Source: Eledone cirrhosa
Lineage: Eukaryota
Direction: 5' to 3'
NCBI GenBank assembly: GCA_964016885.1
Contig: OZ024748.1
Coordinates: forward strand, 40,238,001-40,302,000
DNA: 64,000 bases
Positions 1 to 13,010 of the stretch are shown here, piece after piece. The notes below the pieces were generated by a model. That model searched no databases. It saw nothing but the letters and a program-made list of their open reading frames with translations, and was not told the DNA's origin. The stretch's first letter is position 1; each line of letters opens with the position of its first letter. A program made the translations under genes and the position numbers.

Positions 1-6
1 TGACAC

Positions 7-2045
7 AGCACTGGATATGTAGTCCTGATGATTTCTAACAAGAATGAAACGCGTAGATTACTTCCCTTGCTTTTATCGAGAATCTAATTGTAATACGTGA
101 CGTATTCTATTCTATAGCGATTAGGTCTTCAAAATGTTTATTATAAACATACAGAATATTTTCGAATATTCTATGTCTATATTCACATATATATCGCTAT
201 TTCAGAGCATTTATTCCAATTTCTAATTTCTGCCGGACCGGCAACCGCTCTTTCAAACCAGTTCCTGTACACAGCTAAGTATTCTATAAGTCTCTAGCTG
301 TGTCATTCTCGATAAAAGCACTGGATATGTAGTCCTGATGATTTCTAACAAGAATGAAACGCGTAGATTACTTCCCTTGCTTTTATCGAGAATCTAATTG
401 TAATACGTGACGTATTCTATTCTATAGCGATTAGGTCTTCAAAATGTTTATTATAAACATACAGAATATTTTCGAATATTCTATGTCTATATTCACATAT
501 ATATCGCTATTTCAGAGCATTTATTCCAATTTCTAATTTCTGCCGGACCGGCAACCGCTCTTTCAAACCAGTTCCTGTACACAGCTAAGTATTCTATAAG
601 TCTCTAGCTGTGTCATTCTCGATAAAAGCACTGGATATGTAGTCCTGATGATTTCTAACAAGAATGAAACGCGTAGATTACTTCCCTTGCTTTTATCGAG
701 AATCTAATTGTAATACGTGACGTATTCTATTCTATAGCGATTAGGTCTTCAAAATGTTTATTATAAACATACAGAATATTTTCGAATATTCTATGTCTAT
801 ATTCACATATATATCGCTATTTCAGAGCATTTATTCCAATTTCTAATTTCTGCCGGACCGGCAACCGCTCTTTCAAACCAGTTCCTGTACACAGCTAAGT
901 ATTCTATAAGTCTCTAGCTGTGTCATTCTCGATAAAAGCACTGGATATGTAGTCCTGATGATTTCTAACAAGAATGAAACGCGTAGATTACTTCCCTTGC
1001 TTTTATCGAGAATCTAATTGTAATACGTGACGTATTCTATTCTATAGCGATTAGGTCTTCAAAATGTTTATTATAAACATACAGAATATTTTCGAATATT
1101 CTATGTCTATATTCACATATATATCGCTATTTCAGAGCATTTATTCCAATTTCTAATTTCTACCGGACCGGCAACCGCTCTTTCAAACCAGTTCCTGTAC
1201 ACAGCTAAGTATTCTATAAGTCTCTAGCTGTGTCATTCTCGATAAAAGCACTGGATATGTAGTCCTGATGATTTCTAACAAGAATGAAACGCGTAGATTA
1301 CTTCCCTTGCTTTTATCGAGAATCTAATTGTAATACGTGACGTATTCTATTCTATAGCGATTAGGTCTTCAAAATGTTTATTATAAACATACAGAATATT
1401 TTCGAATATTCTATGTCTATATTCACATATATATCGCTATTTCAGAGCATTTATTCCAATTTCTAATTTCTGCCGGACCGGCAACCGCTCTTTCAAACCA
1501 GTTCCTGTACACAGCTAAGTATTCTATAAGTCTCTAGCTGTGTCATTCTCGATAAAAGCACTGGATATGTAGTCCTGATGATTTCTAACAAGAATGAAAC
1601 GCGTAGATTACTTCCCTTGCTTTTATCGAGAATCTAATTGTAATACGTGACGTATTCTATTCTATAGCGATTAGGTCTTCAAAATGTTTATTATAAACAT
1701 ACAGAATATTTTCGAATATTCTATGTCTATATTCACATATATATCGCTATTTCAGAGCATTTATTCCAATTTCTAATTTCTGCCGGACCGGCAACCGCTC
1801 TTTCAAACCAGTTCCTGTACACAGCTAAGTATTCTATAAGTCTCTAGCTGTGTCATTCTCGATAAAAGCACTGGATATGTAGTCCTGATGATTTCTAACA
1901 AGAATGAAACGCGTAGATTACTTCCCTTGCTTTTATCGAGAATCTAATTGTAATACGTGACGTATTCTATTCTATAGCGATTAGGTCTTCAAAATGTTTA
2001 TTATAAACATACAGAATATTTTCGAATATTCTATGTCTATATTCA
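7..2045 (+). repeat. 310-bp tandem array (~6.6 units), retrozyme-like, one hammerhead ribozyme per unit
   Basis: CTGGATATGTAGTCCTGATG recurs at 11, 321, 631, 941, 1251, 1561 and 1871. Units are identical apart from one G>A seen at 1162. The array ends by running into (TA)n at ~2045. Confidence 0.97.
19..61 (+). ncRNA. Minimal type I hammerhead ribozyme (copies every 310 bp: 329-371, 639-681, 949-991, 1259-1301, 1569-1611, 1879-1921)
   Basis: Stem I GTAGTC(19-24)/GATTAC(56-61); core CTGATGA (25-31); stem II TTCT-aaca-AGAA; GAAA (46-49); palindromic stem III ACGCGT; cleavage triplet GUA, predicted cut after 55. Confidence 0.88.
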
Positions 2046-2641
2046 TATATATATATATATAATGTACTAAAGTATATATATATATATATATATAATGTAC
2101 TAAAGTATATATATATATATATAATGTACTAAAGTATATATATATATAATGTACTAAAGTATATATATATATAATGTACTAAAGTATATATATATTTAAT
2201 GTACTAAAGTATATATATATATATAATGTACTAAAGTATATATATAATGTACTAAAGTATATATATATATAATGTACTAAAGTATAGATATATATAATGT
2301 ACTAAAGTATATATATATATATAATGTACTAAAGTATATATATATATAATGCACTAAAGTATATATATATATAATGCACTAAAGTATATATATATATATA
2401 ATGTACTAAAGTATATATATATATAATGCACTAAAGTATATATATATATATAATGTACTAAAGTATATATATATATAATGCACTAAAGTATATATATAAT
2501 GCACTAAAGTATATATATATATAATGTACTAAAGTATATATATATATAATGTACTAAAGTATATATATATATAACGTACTAAAGTATATATATATTTAAT
2601 GTACTAAAGTATATATATATATATATATATAATGTACTAAA

Positions 2642-2686
<45 letters not shown>

Positions 2687-3539
2687 GTACTAAAGTATAT
2701 ATATATATATAATGTACTAAAGTATATATATATATATATATAATGTACTAAAGTATATATATATATATATATATAATGTACTAAAGTATATATATATATA
2801 TAATGTACTAAAGTATATATATATATATATATAATGTACTAAAGTATATATATATATATAATGCACTAAAGTATATATATAATGTACTAAAGTATATATA
2901 TATATAATGTACTAAAGTATATATATATATATAATGTACTAAAGTATATATATATAATGCACTAAAGTATATATATATATATAATGTATATATATAATGT
3001 ATAAAGTATATATATATATATATATATAATGTACTAAAGTATATATATATATATATATAATGTACTAAAGTATATATATATATATATATAATGTACTAAA
3101 GTATATATATATATATATAATGTACTAAAGTATATATATATATATAATGCACTAAAGTATATATATATATAATGTACTAAAGTATATATATATATAATGT
3201 ACTAAAGTATATATATATAATGTACTAAAGTATATATATATAATGCACTAAAGTATATATATATATATAATGTACTAAAGTATATATATATATAATGTAC
3301 TAAAGTATATATATATATAATGTACTAAAGTATATATATATATAATGTACTAAAGTATATATATATATATAATGTACTAAAGTATATATATATATATAAT
3401 GTACTAAAGTATATATATATATAATGTACTAAAGTATATATATATATATAGTGTACTAAAGTATATATATATATATAATGTACTAAAGTATATATATATA
3501 TATAATGTACTAAAGTATATATATATATAATGTACTAAA

Positions 3540-3574
<35 letters not shown>

Positions 3575-3848
3575 GTACTAAAGTATATATATATATATAA
3601 TGTACTAAAGTATATATATATATATATAATGTACTAAAGTATATATATATATATAATGTACTAAAGTATATATATATATATAATGCACTAAAGTATATAT
3701 ATATATAATGTACTAAAGTATATCTATATATAATGTACTAAAGTATATCTATATATAATGTACTAAAGTATATCTATATATAATGTACTAAAGTATATAT
3801 ATATATATATATAATGTACTAAAGTATATATATATATAATGTACTAAA

Positions 3849-3883
<35 letters not shown>

Positions 3884-4492
3884 GTACTAAAGTATATATA
3901 TATATATATAATGTACTAAAGTATATATATATATATATATAATGTACTAAAGTATATATATATATATATATATAATGTACTAAAGTATATATATATATAT
4001 ATAATGTACTAAAGTATATATATATATAATGTACTAAAGTATATATATATATAATGTACTAAAGTATATATATATTTAATGTACTAAAGTATATATATAT
4101 ATAATGTACTAAAGTATATATATAATGTACTAAAGTATATATATATATAATGTACTAAAGTATAGATATATATAATGTACTAAAGTATATATATATATAT
4201 AATGTACTAAAGTATATATATATATAATGCACTAAAGTATATATATATATAATGCACTAAAGTATATATATATATATAATGTACTAAAGTATATATATAT
4301 ATAATGCACTAAAGTATATATATAATGCACTAAAGTATATATATATATAATGTACTAAAGTATATATATATATAATGTACTAAAGTATATATATATATAA
4401 TGTACTAAAGTATATATATATATAACGTACTAAAGTATATATATATTTAATGTACTAAAGTATATATATATATATATATATAATGTACTAAA

Positions 4493-4529
<37 letters not shown>

Positions 4530-4756
4530 GTACTAAAGTATATATATATATATAATGTACTAAAGTATATATATATATAAATAATGTACTAAAATATATA
4601 TATATATAAATAATGTACTAAAATATATATATATATAAATAATGTACTAAAATATATATATATATAAATAATGTACTAAAATATATATATATATAAATAA
4701 TGTACTAAAATATATATATATATAAATAATGTACTAAAATATATATATATATAAAT

Positions 4757-4943
4757 AATTGTTTCTACTTTAGGCACTAGGCCAGTAATTACCCAGTGCA
4801 TTACTGGTACTTTATTTTATCGACCCCGTAAGGATGAAAGGCAAAGTCAACCTCGGCGGGATTTGAACTCAGATCGTAAAGGGACGTAACTATGCTGGAA
4901 AGCATGGCGTCCGACCCTCTACCGATACTGCCAATCCACCGCC
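4757..4943 (-). mobile_element. tRNA-derived SINE, family B, full length
   Basis: Minus strand reads GGCGGTGGATTGGCAGTATCGGTAGAG...GAGTTCAAATCCC (A/B-box-like), then GCCTTTCATCCTTACGGGGTCGATAAAATAAAGTACCAG and a GAAACAATT tail. More than 10 related copies occur in the window. Confidence 0.85.
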
Positions 4944-4994
4944 CTATATATATTAATAATGTACTAAAATATATATATATATAAATAATGTACT

Positions 4995-5415
<421 letters not shown>

Positions 5416-5826
5416 ATAGTGTACTAAAGTCTATATATATAATGTACTGAAATATATATATATAATGTACTAAAGTATATATATATAATGTACTAAAGTA
5501 CATATATAATGTACTAAAGTATATATATATAATGTACTAAAGTACATATATAATGTACTAAAGTATATATATATAATGTACTAAAGTATATATATATAAT
5601 GTACTAAAGTATATATATATAATGTATATATATATAATGTACTAATGTATATATATATAATGTACTAATGTATATATATATGTAATGTACTAATGTATAT
5701 ATATATAATGTACTAATGTATATATATATAATGTACTAATGTATATATATATAATGTACTAATATATATATAATGTACTAAAGTATATATATATATATAT
5801 CTATAATGTACTAAAGTATATATATA

Positions 5827-6793
5827 TCTATATTACTAAAACAGAGAATGTCTGTTTGTCTGTCTGACCAATCACTAAAACTCGAGAACCACCCAACCGA
5901 TTGTTTTCAAACTTTACACATGTAATACTTATGGTCCCGTGCGTCTTTTGAACAAAAAAAAAATTTTTCGATGCCCTAGGCACTGCATTAGGCGATCTCT
6001 ATCTATAATTCTTAGTCTTTCTCTTTTTAGATAGATACAAAGATATAACGCCGCGCCTTTATAATATCTGTTTGTATTACGTCATTATGATGCGATCAGT
6101 GTGTATATATAGTGTGTGTATAAATATATATTCTTATGCCAGGGAATGTCTTCACGAACCAAAGTATCATCTTCCTGTTTTCCTTCGGTTGCAACGTTTT
6201 TTCGAAATATTTACATCTGCGCTCAGATTGATGTTTTTAGTTTCAGAAGATCCTGTTAAGGTTGAAAGCAGCGATTCTTTGGTTAAACTTTAATATGTTA
6301 TTTTAATATAGATATTCGTGTACAGATATTTTTGCCTACACAAAAACAAAATATAAACAAACAAGGCTGGCGATTACATAATTACATGCATCACTGACAG
6401 ATATTTTTGCATACACAAAAACAAAATATAAACAAACAAGGCCAACGATTACATCAGTTAGTCTTAGTGTACTTCATACTGCTTTTAGGTAGAAGATCCC
6501 ATTAAGGGTGAAAGCAGTGATTCATTTTCTGCATTCACACATTGATTTTTTTAGTTTCAGAAGATCCCGTTAAGTGTGAAAGCAACGATTCTTTGCTTAA
6601 AATTTAATCTGTCATTTTAATATATATATATATATATATATATAATTATATATTCGTGTACAGATATTTTTGCATACACAATAACAAAATATAAACAAAC
6701 GTATTTATTTCACGAGGCTCGATAAGGATAAATATATATCAAATATATAAGAACCCTAGAGCAAATCCCGAGCAACGCGGGCCATTCTGCTAG
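5827..6793 (+). mobile_element. Non-autonomous Helitron
   Basis: 5' TC start; subterminal hairpin CCCGAGCAACGCGGG; 3' CTAG; inserted between A and T of the satellite with no TSD. Confidence 0.8.
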
Positions 6794-7229
6794 TAATGTA
6801 CTAAAGTATATATATAATGTACTAAAGCATATATATATATACTGGGATGAGATGATAACGGCCAACCTTACCCAATTGCACCTCTCATGAGCAATGACAC
6901 ACGACCTCTGGCGTCACGCAGTAATACAGAAGACCCCCCCCCCCCTAGGCCCCCACAGGAACAAGCTAAAGCTGAAGCATATAGACAATACGCTCCCACT
7001 GCAAAGTGGTCGTGGAGGTGCCATGGCAAAAAAGCACGCAGCCCACACTGTAAATGAGGTTGGTGTTAGGAAGGGCATCCAGCTGTAGAAATCAAGCCAG
7101 AATCAGTTCCCGTATGAGCAAGACAAGGTCAGCCAACCGGACACTGCCCACAACAGGACAACCTGTCTAACCCATGCTAGCGTGGAAGAACGGACGTAAA
7201 AGGATGATGATATATGATATATAATATAT

Positions 7230-8822
7230 TAAAGTATATATATATATATATTATACTAAGGAGTGTATATATTATATTAAGAAGTGTATATATTATATTA
7301 AGAAGTGTATATATTATACTAAAGAGTGTATATATTATACTAAAGAGTATATATTATACTAAAGAGTATATATTATATTAAGGAGTGTATATATTATACT
7401 AAAGAGTGTATATATTATACTAAAGAGTGTATATGTTATACTAAAGAGTATATATTATATTAAGGAGTGTATATATTATACTAAAGAGTGTATCATTATC
7501 TATAAAAGGCAGATTGTTGTGCGTGTGTGCGTGTGTGCGTGCATGTTCCATGTTTATACATTTGCACAATTTCAAACCGATTCGACTCAATGTCTGTAAG
7601 AATGTTGTAAATGGTCTAACTTAGGTCAACGACTATTTATTTATTTCAAACTCACCCACAATTACGGAAATAATCGATAAAACTAAATACATGACACTTT
7701 ACCCCTCTAATAGAATCTGATTACCTCTCTCTACTCCCCTTAAACTTTAAGAGAGAGGGGGAGAGAGAGAGAACGTTTGTTTTTGAGTGTGGAACGGTCA
7801 AACATTTATTTACTTCAATGACAAAGAGAACTTATTACATTTCATACGAAACAACAATTATTCAAAAGCAACAGATAAATTTATTCAACAACAAAAAAAA
7901 TAGCGATAAATCTTTTTAAAAACATCTATAACGAACGTGGAAGAAAGAAGTATCAGTTCATTTACTATACACAATAATATCCTCTATGTGGTCACTAAAC
8001 CTACTGTCTTAAATTTAGAAAACATATCCTCTATGAGGTCACTAAACCTGCTAGAAACAGCAGCTAACTCTCCCTCATATCACACCCCTCCCTACTGTCT
8101 TAAATTTAGAAAACACACATTAGACAACCATGCAGAACAACTCCATCGCAGCTCTGTTGTTCGGCTGGCATCGTCTACGCGCGTGTTGCGCAAGTACTGT
8201 GAAACAATAAATTTCAACAGTTCTTTGCACAGAGATAATATCCATAGGCGAAACTACAATTGTCACTGCTGGCGCAGCTCCTGCTTCGGCAGTCCAGGTC
8301 TGCAATTCATTCACCCAGTGCCTGGCAGACAAAAAGTGCTGCCATAAAATGGGTGGTGCAACCTAACTTTGGTAATTTACTGACCCCGAGCAACGCCGGG
8401 CTTTAATGCTAGTATATTATATTAAGGAGTGTATATAATACTAAAGAGTGTATATATTATATTAAGGAGTGTATATATTATATTAAGGAGTGTATATATT
8501 ATACTAAAGAGTGTATATATTATACTAAAGAGTGTATATATTATACTAAAGAGTGTATATATTATACTAAAGAGTGTATATATTATACTAAAGAGTGTAT
8601 ATATTATACTAAAGTGTATATATTATACTAAAGAGTATATATTATACTAAAGAGTGTATATATTATACTAAAGTGTATATATTATACTAAAGTGTATACA
8701 TTATACTAAAGTGTATATATTATACTAAAGTGTATATATTATACTAAAGAGTATATATTATACTAAAGAGTATATATTATACTAAAGAGTGTATATATTA
8801 TACTAAAGAGTGTATATATTAT
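7230..8822. repeat. 19-21-bp minisatellite TATATTATACTAAAGAGTGTA, split by a Helitron
   Basis: Direct tandem repeats on both sides of 7493-8412. Confidence 0.95.
7493..8412 (+). mobile_element. Non-autonomous Helitron, second family
   Basis: 5' TC; 5' (GTGC/GT) microsatellite; hairpin CCCGAGCAACGCCGGG; 3' CTAG. Removing it restores GTGTA|TATATTATA. Confidence 0.8.
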
Positions 8823-9593
8823 ACTACTACTGCCACTACTACTACTACCACAACTGCCACTACTATTACTACTACTACCACTACTATTACAACTGCCACT
8901 ACTACCACTACCACTAATACCACTACAACTGCCACTACTAACACTACCACTACCACCACCACAACTGCCACCACTACTACCACTACAACAATTACTACTA
9001 CAACTGCCACTACTACTACTACTGCCACTACCACTACTACCACTACTACCACCGTTACTACTACTACTACTACCACGACAACTGCCACTACTATTACAAC
9101 TACTGCCACTACTACTGCTACTCTACTACTACAACTGCCACTACTACCACTACTACAACAACTGCCACTACTACTACAACAACTGCCACTACTACCACTA
9201 CAACTACCACTACTACCACTACAACTACAACTGCTACTACTACTACTGCCACTACCACTACTACCATTACCACTACTACCACCGCTACTACTACTACTAC
9301 TACCACGACAACTGCCACTACTATTACAACTACTGCCACTACTACTACTACCACTGCAACAACTGCCACTACTACTACAACAACTGCCACTACTACTACA
9401 ACAACTGCCACTACTACTACAACAACTGCCACTACTACCACTACAACTACTACTACAACTGCTACTACTACTACCACTACAACTGCCACTACTACAACTG
9501 CCACTACTACTACAACTGCCACTACTACAACTGCCACTACTACTACCACTGCCACTGCCACTACTAGTACAACTGCCACTACTAGTACTACTC
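8823..9593. repeat. (CTA/CCA/CAA)n-derived trinucleotide satellite
   Basis: Degenerate ACT/ACC/ACA triplets with recurring ACAACTGCCACT. Confidence 0.95.
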
Positions 9594-9778
9594 ATATATG
9601 TTTTATGAGTTATCAAAAAATTATCATTTAATCTCACTTTCAGAAATTTAAGGGAAGGGCAAAAGTAGTAGAATTGACCAATAAACACTGACAATTTACC
9701 ATTGTCAATTTGACCATTTGTTTCCAGTACACAATAACATTTTTTTTTTTTTTTTAAAAGAATTTTAGGAATACAAAC

Positions 9779-9912
9779 CAATCTTGGCATTCAAGCCAGT
9801 CTGACATGACATCTCGTACTTCGATAGGGAACCGTGCATCTTCATAGCAAGATATTATTGGTGGCCAGTGCTGGGTTCCTAATAGTAGTTTAGTTTTCAT
9901 CCAGAGAGACAT
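9779..9912 (-). CDS. STAT: First coding exon of a STAT-family transcription factor (N-terminal domain)
   Basis: MSLWMKTKLL...YEDARFPIEVRDVMSDWLECQD(W) matches the STAT N-domain pattern W...Y..FPIEVR...W.E.Q.W. Acceptor TTTTTTGTTTCAG ends at 9931 (exon starts 9930), ATG context is CCAACCATG, and a phase-2 GT donor lies in the Trp codon at 9778-9777. No further exons were recognised in the window. Confidence 0.88.
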
Positions 9913-9998
9913 GGTTGGAGGATCACTTTCCTGAAACAAAAAATATTACATCGCCATAATTAATAACATCTGCATGTTGCTACCAAAACATTCCCTAA

Positions 9999-10562
9999 CC
10001 CTTTACCATTTACATTACTCTATATATACTATTGTATTTTCACACTAAAGACTTTACCTCACATAATATCTCATAACATTTATATTACACTATATATACT
10101 ATTATATTTTCACAATAAAGGCTTTACCTCACATAATATCTCACATAACATTTACATTACTCTATATATACTATTGTATTTTTACAGTAAAGGCTTTACC
10201 TCATATAATATCTCACATAACATTTACATTAGTCTATATTTACTATTGTATTTTTACAGTAAAAGCTTTACCTCACATAACATTTACATTACTCTATATA
10301 TACTATTGTATTTTCACAGTAAAGGCTTTACTTTACATAATATCTCTCATAACATTTACATTACTCTATATATACTATTTTATTTTCACAGTAAAGTCTT
10401 TACCTCATATAATTATCTCAAATTATATTGAATCTAAGAGATATGGATATTTATTTTGAGAACAATACTTTAACATCAGTATGAGTGGTAAGTTATGGCC
10501 GGTTTTAACAAAAAGAGGTGAGAGAATTCTGGCCAGATACAGCCGGTTTAAATGCTAAAGGT
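9999..10562 (+). mobile_element. piggyBac-like (TTAA) MITE with ~6 internal 72-bp repeats
   Basis: CTAA|CCCTTTACCATTTA ... TAAATGCTAAAGGT|TTAA; internal unit CATTTACATTACTCTATATATACTATTGTATTTTCACAGTAAAGGCTTTACCTCACATAATATCTCACATAA. Confidence 0.75.
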
Positions 10563-11454
10563 TTAAACTAACTACAAATAAAATCTTTAACAAAACCAAC
10601 ATTACTTAAAATTGCATCAAAAACATCACTGTCCTTGTAAAACAAACAAAATAATATTTCTACTTTTAGCACAAGGCCAGCAATTATCTCAGTGCATTAC
10701 TGGTACTTTATTCTATCGACCCGCGTAACGATAATAGGCAAAGTTAACCTCGCGGGATTTGAACTCAGAATGGAAAAGGCCGTAACTATGCGTCAAAGCA
10801 TGGTGTCTGACGCATAGAGTTACAATAATGATGTAGTAGTAGGAAAAGCACTCTACGTTTCGCAAGTAGTGTTTTTTACAATAAAACTTTAAAAGGAATA
10901 TTACCAGTCCTGTTATTTTAATAAAATTAATTATATTTATATATACTTTAGTGACAAACCTCGTACATCTCTCTCTCTCTGCTAATGTACTTTTTTGCCG
11001 TGTATGTGTTTTTAATGTCTAAAGAGAATTAATTGTCGCAGGAATGCTACCATTTAAAATAAAATTTTGCTGGAGATAGGTTAGCAAATTTAATAAGTGG
11101 GGTGAGGTAAAAGAGGGGAGGGTCTGAACAATTAATAAACAGGTTATTGGATATCACAGACGATATAAAACATTGGTGTGACTTGTTTGTTTTTTTTGTT
11201 TTAGGCCAGTAGTGGGTAGTTTGACTGCTATTTCTAGCAGGTCATGCGACCACATTGAGATCCGTTGTTTATTAGTTGTGCGAGTTTGTTTTTCTTTAGT
11301 GCAACTTAAGACACCATAAAATATTTTGAATTAGTTGTGTGAGTGAATTTACGAAAGAATGAGGCCTTGACTTGTGAACATAGAGGTATTTTATATTATT
11401 TATATACATGGCAATTGAACTTAATTGTTTTGTATATTAACACACATTATGTGT

Positions 11455-11632
11455 ATTGGCAGTATCGGTAGAGGGTTGGACGCCATGCTTTCCAGCATAG
11501 TTACGTCCCTTTACGATCTGAGTTCAAATCCCGCCGAGGTTGACTTTGCCTTTCATCCTTACGGGGTCGATAAAATAAAGTACCAGTAATGCACTGGTGA
11601 TTGCTGGCCTTGTGCCTAAAGTAGAAACAATT
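11455..11632 (+). mobile_element. tRNA-derived SINE, family B (partial or degenerate copies at ~10655-10815, 12627-12720, 13131-13250, 13975-14115, 27100-27222, 34135-34270, 44205-44395, 63655-63810, 63918-64000)
   Basis: Near-exact reverse complement of 4757-4935. Confidence 0.85.
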
Positions 11633-11910
11633 ATATATATATATATAACTTAGAAAAATTAAAGACAGGACAAAACAACGAACGAAAACAAGGCAAAACG
11701 AAAAACAATTTTTTGAAGGGAAACTAAAAAATAATACAAACGAAAGACACACAACTCTAGGGTGATCGGCTGTTGAAATAGAATTTGGCAGTTTTGACCC
11801 CTACCAACAGTACTGCTGGTTTACCCGGGGGGGTGACAGCGTCTGACACAGGCCAAAACTTTGTCCAAGAAGTAAGAGACAAGTGACAATACAATAATTT
11901 ACAGCAGTTA

Positions 11911-11948
<38 letters not shown>

Positions 11949-11950
<2 letters not shown>

Positions 11951-12045
11951 GGGTGTCCCAATAAATGTATACACACTTCAACAGCATTCTAATAAACATT
12001 GCCTGTATAGGTAATTAAAATACGTATACAATTTTGGGAGACATT
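11949..12045. mobile_element. ~95-bp Tc1/mariner-type MITE (inverted copy at 29803-29895)
   Basis: CAGGGTGTCC terminus in TA context; internal TGTATACACACTTCAACAGCATTCTAAT is shared with the 29.8-kb copy in reverse. Confidence 0.6.
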
Positions 12046-12831
12046 ATATATATATATATAAATCTAAATCTAATCTGAGTTTTTCGAATATGAATAATAA
12101 TATTCGATTCGTTTGCAATTATGCAAACAAGCCTCATATAGATAGATAGATAGATAAGGGTTGGGTGAAAGGGGGCGAAAAGACTCTCGGAGTTTCGCAG
12201 ATCCACACACCCCTCACATTTGGTGGGAAAGGATCATCTTTCCGTGGTTCTTTTTTTTTTTTCTGTACTTCCGTTCTCTGGTATAAAAAGTCTATTGTTA
12301 GCATCTTGGTTAGATTAATTGATAACACACACACAGACAGACAGTCAGACACACACAGAGACATAACACACACACACAAACAGACTAACACAGAGACAAA
12401 CACACACAGATACAGACAAACAAAAAACAGTAAAAACAATTCTTTTCTACTGAAATCGTTTGGGGTGTTGTTCTATAAATTTACCTTTTTTTTTCTGGTG
12501 ATTTCAAATCTTTCTGCGCAATTTTATTACAAAATATATGGATTCGCTGTGTATATAGATAGGTGTGTGGTGTGTGTGTATGCGTCTATCGTGTTTCTAT
12601 ATGTACAAATAACATTTCAAAAATATAATTGTTTCTACTTTTGCCACAAGGCCAGCAATTACCCCCAGTGTATTACTGGTCCTTTATTGTTTCGACCCCG
12701 TAAGGATGAAAGCAAAGTTAATAATAATAAACATGTTGATAGCGAAATTACGGAATTAAAGTTTATAAAGTAAAGAAAACGATGGTGTGAAAATATTAGA
12801 AATATATAGATATTCCTTATATTAAACTTAC

Positions 12832-13010
12832 CTGGGCGATTTGTTAACAGTATATATATATGTGCGTATTACATATATGAGATGTGATAACTAGATTTAG
12901 AAGAGTAAAAATAATTGATTTGCAAGATACTCCAATTAAAATGAAACTCTCACAGTTTTTTTTCCTAGAAAATGTAACACTATCAAACTAACAGCCTTCT
13001 GATTGGTTGA
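12832..13010 (-). promoter_or_regulatory. Candidate STAT non-coding exon 1 and promoter
   Basis: Consensus donor CAG|GTAAGT at 12832/12831 (minus); ISRE-like AGTTTCATTTT (12938-12948); GAS TTCCTAGAA (12962-12970); CCAAT box (ATTGG 13002-13006). Confidence 0.45.

Noticed and set aside
7937-8347. 136-aa ORF inside the Helitron as a Rep fragment or gene
   Set aside because: No recognisable Rep or helicase motifs, and a GTG start.
8819-9790. 323-aa Ser/Val-rich ORF (and similar ORFs at 34469-34755)
   Set aside because: Translation of trinucleotide satellite; it runs through the STAT splice donor.
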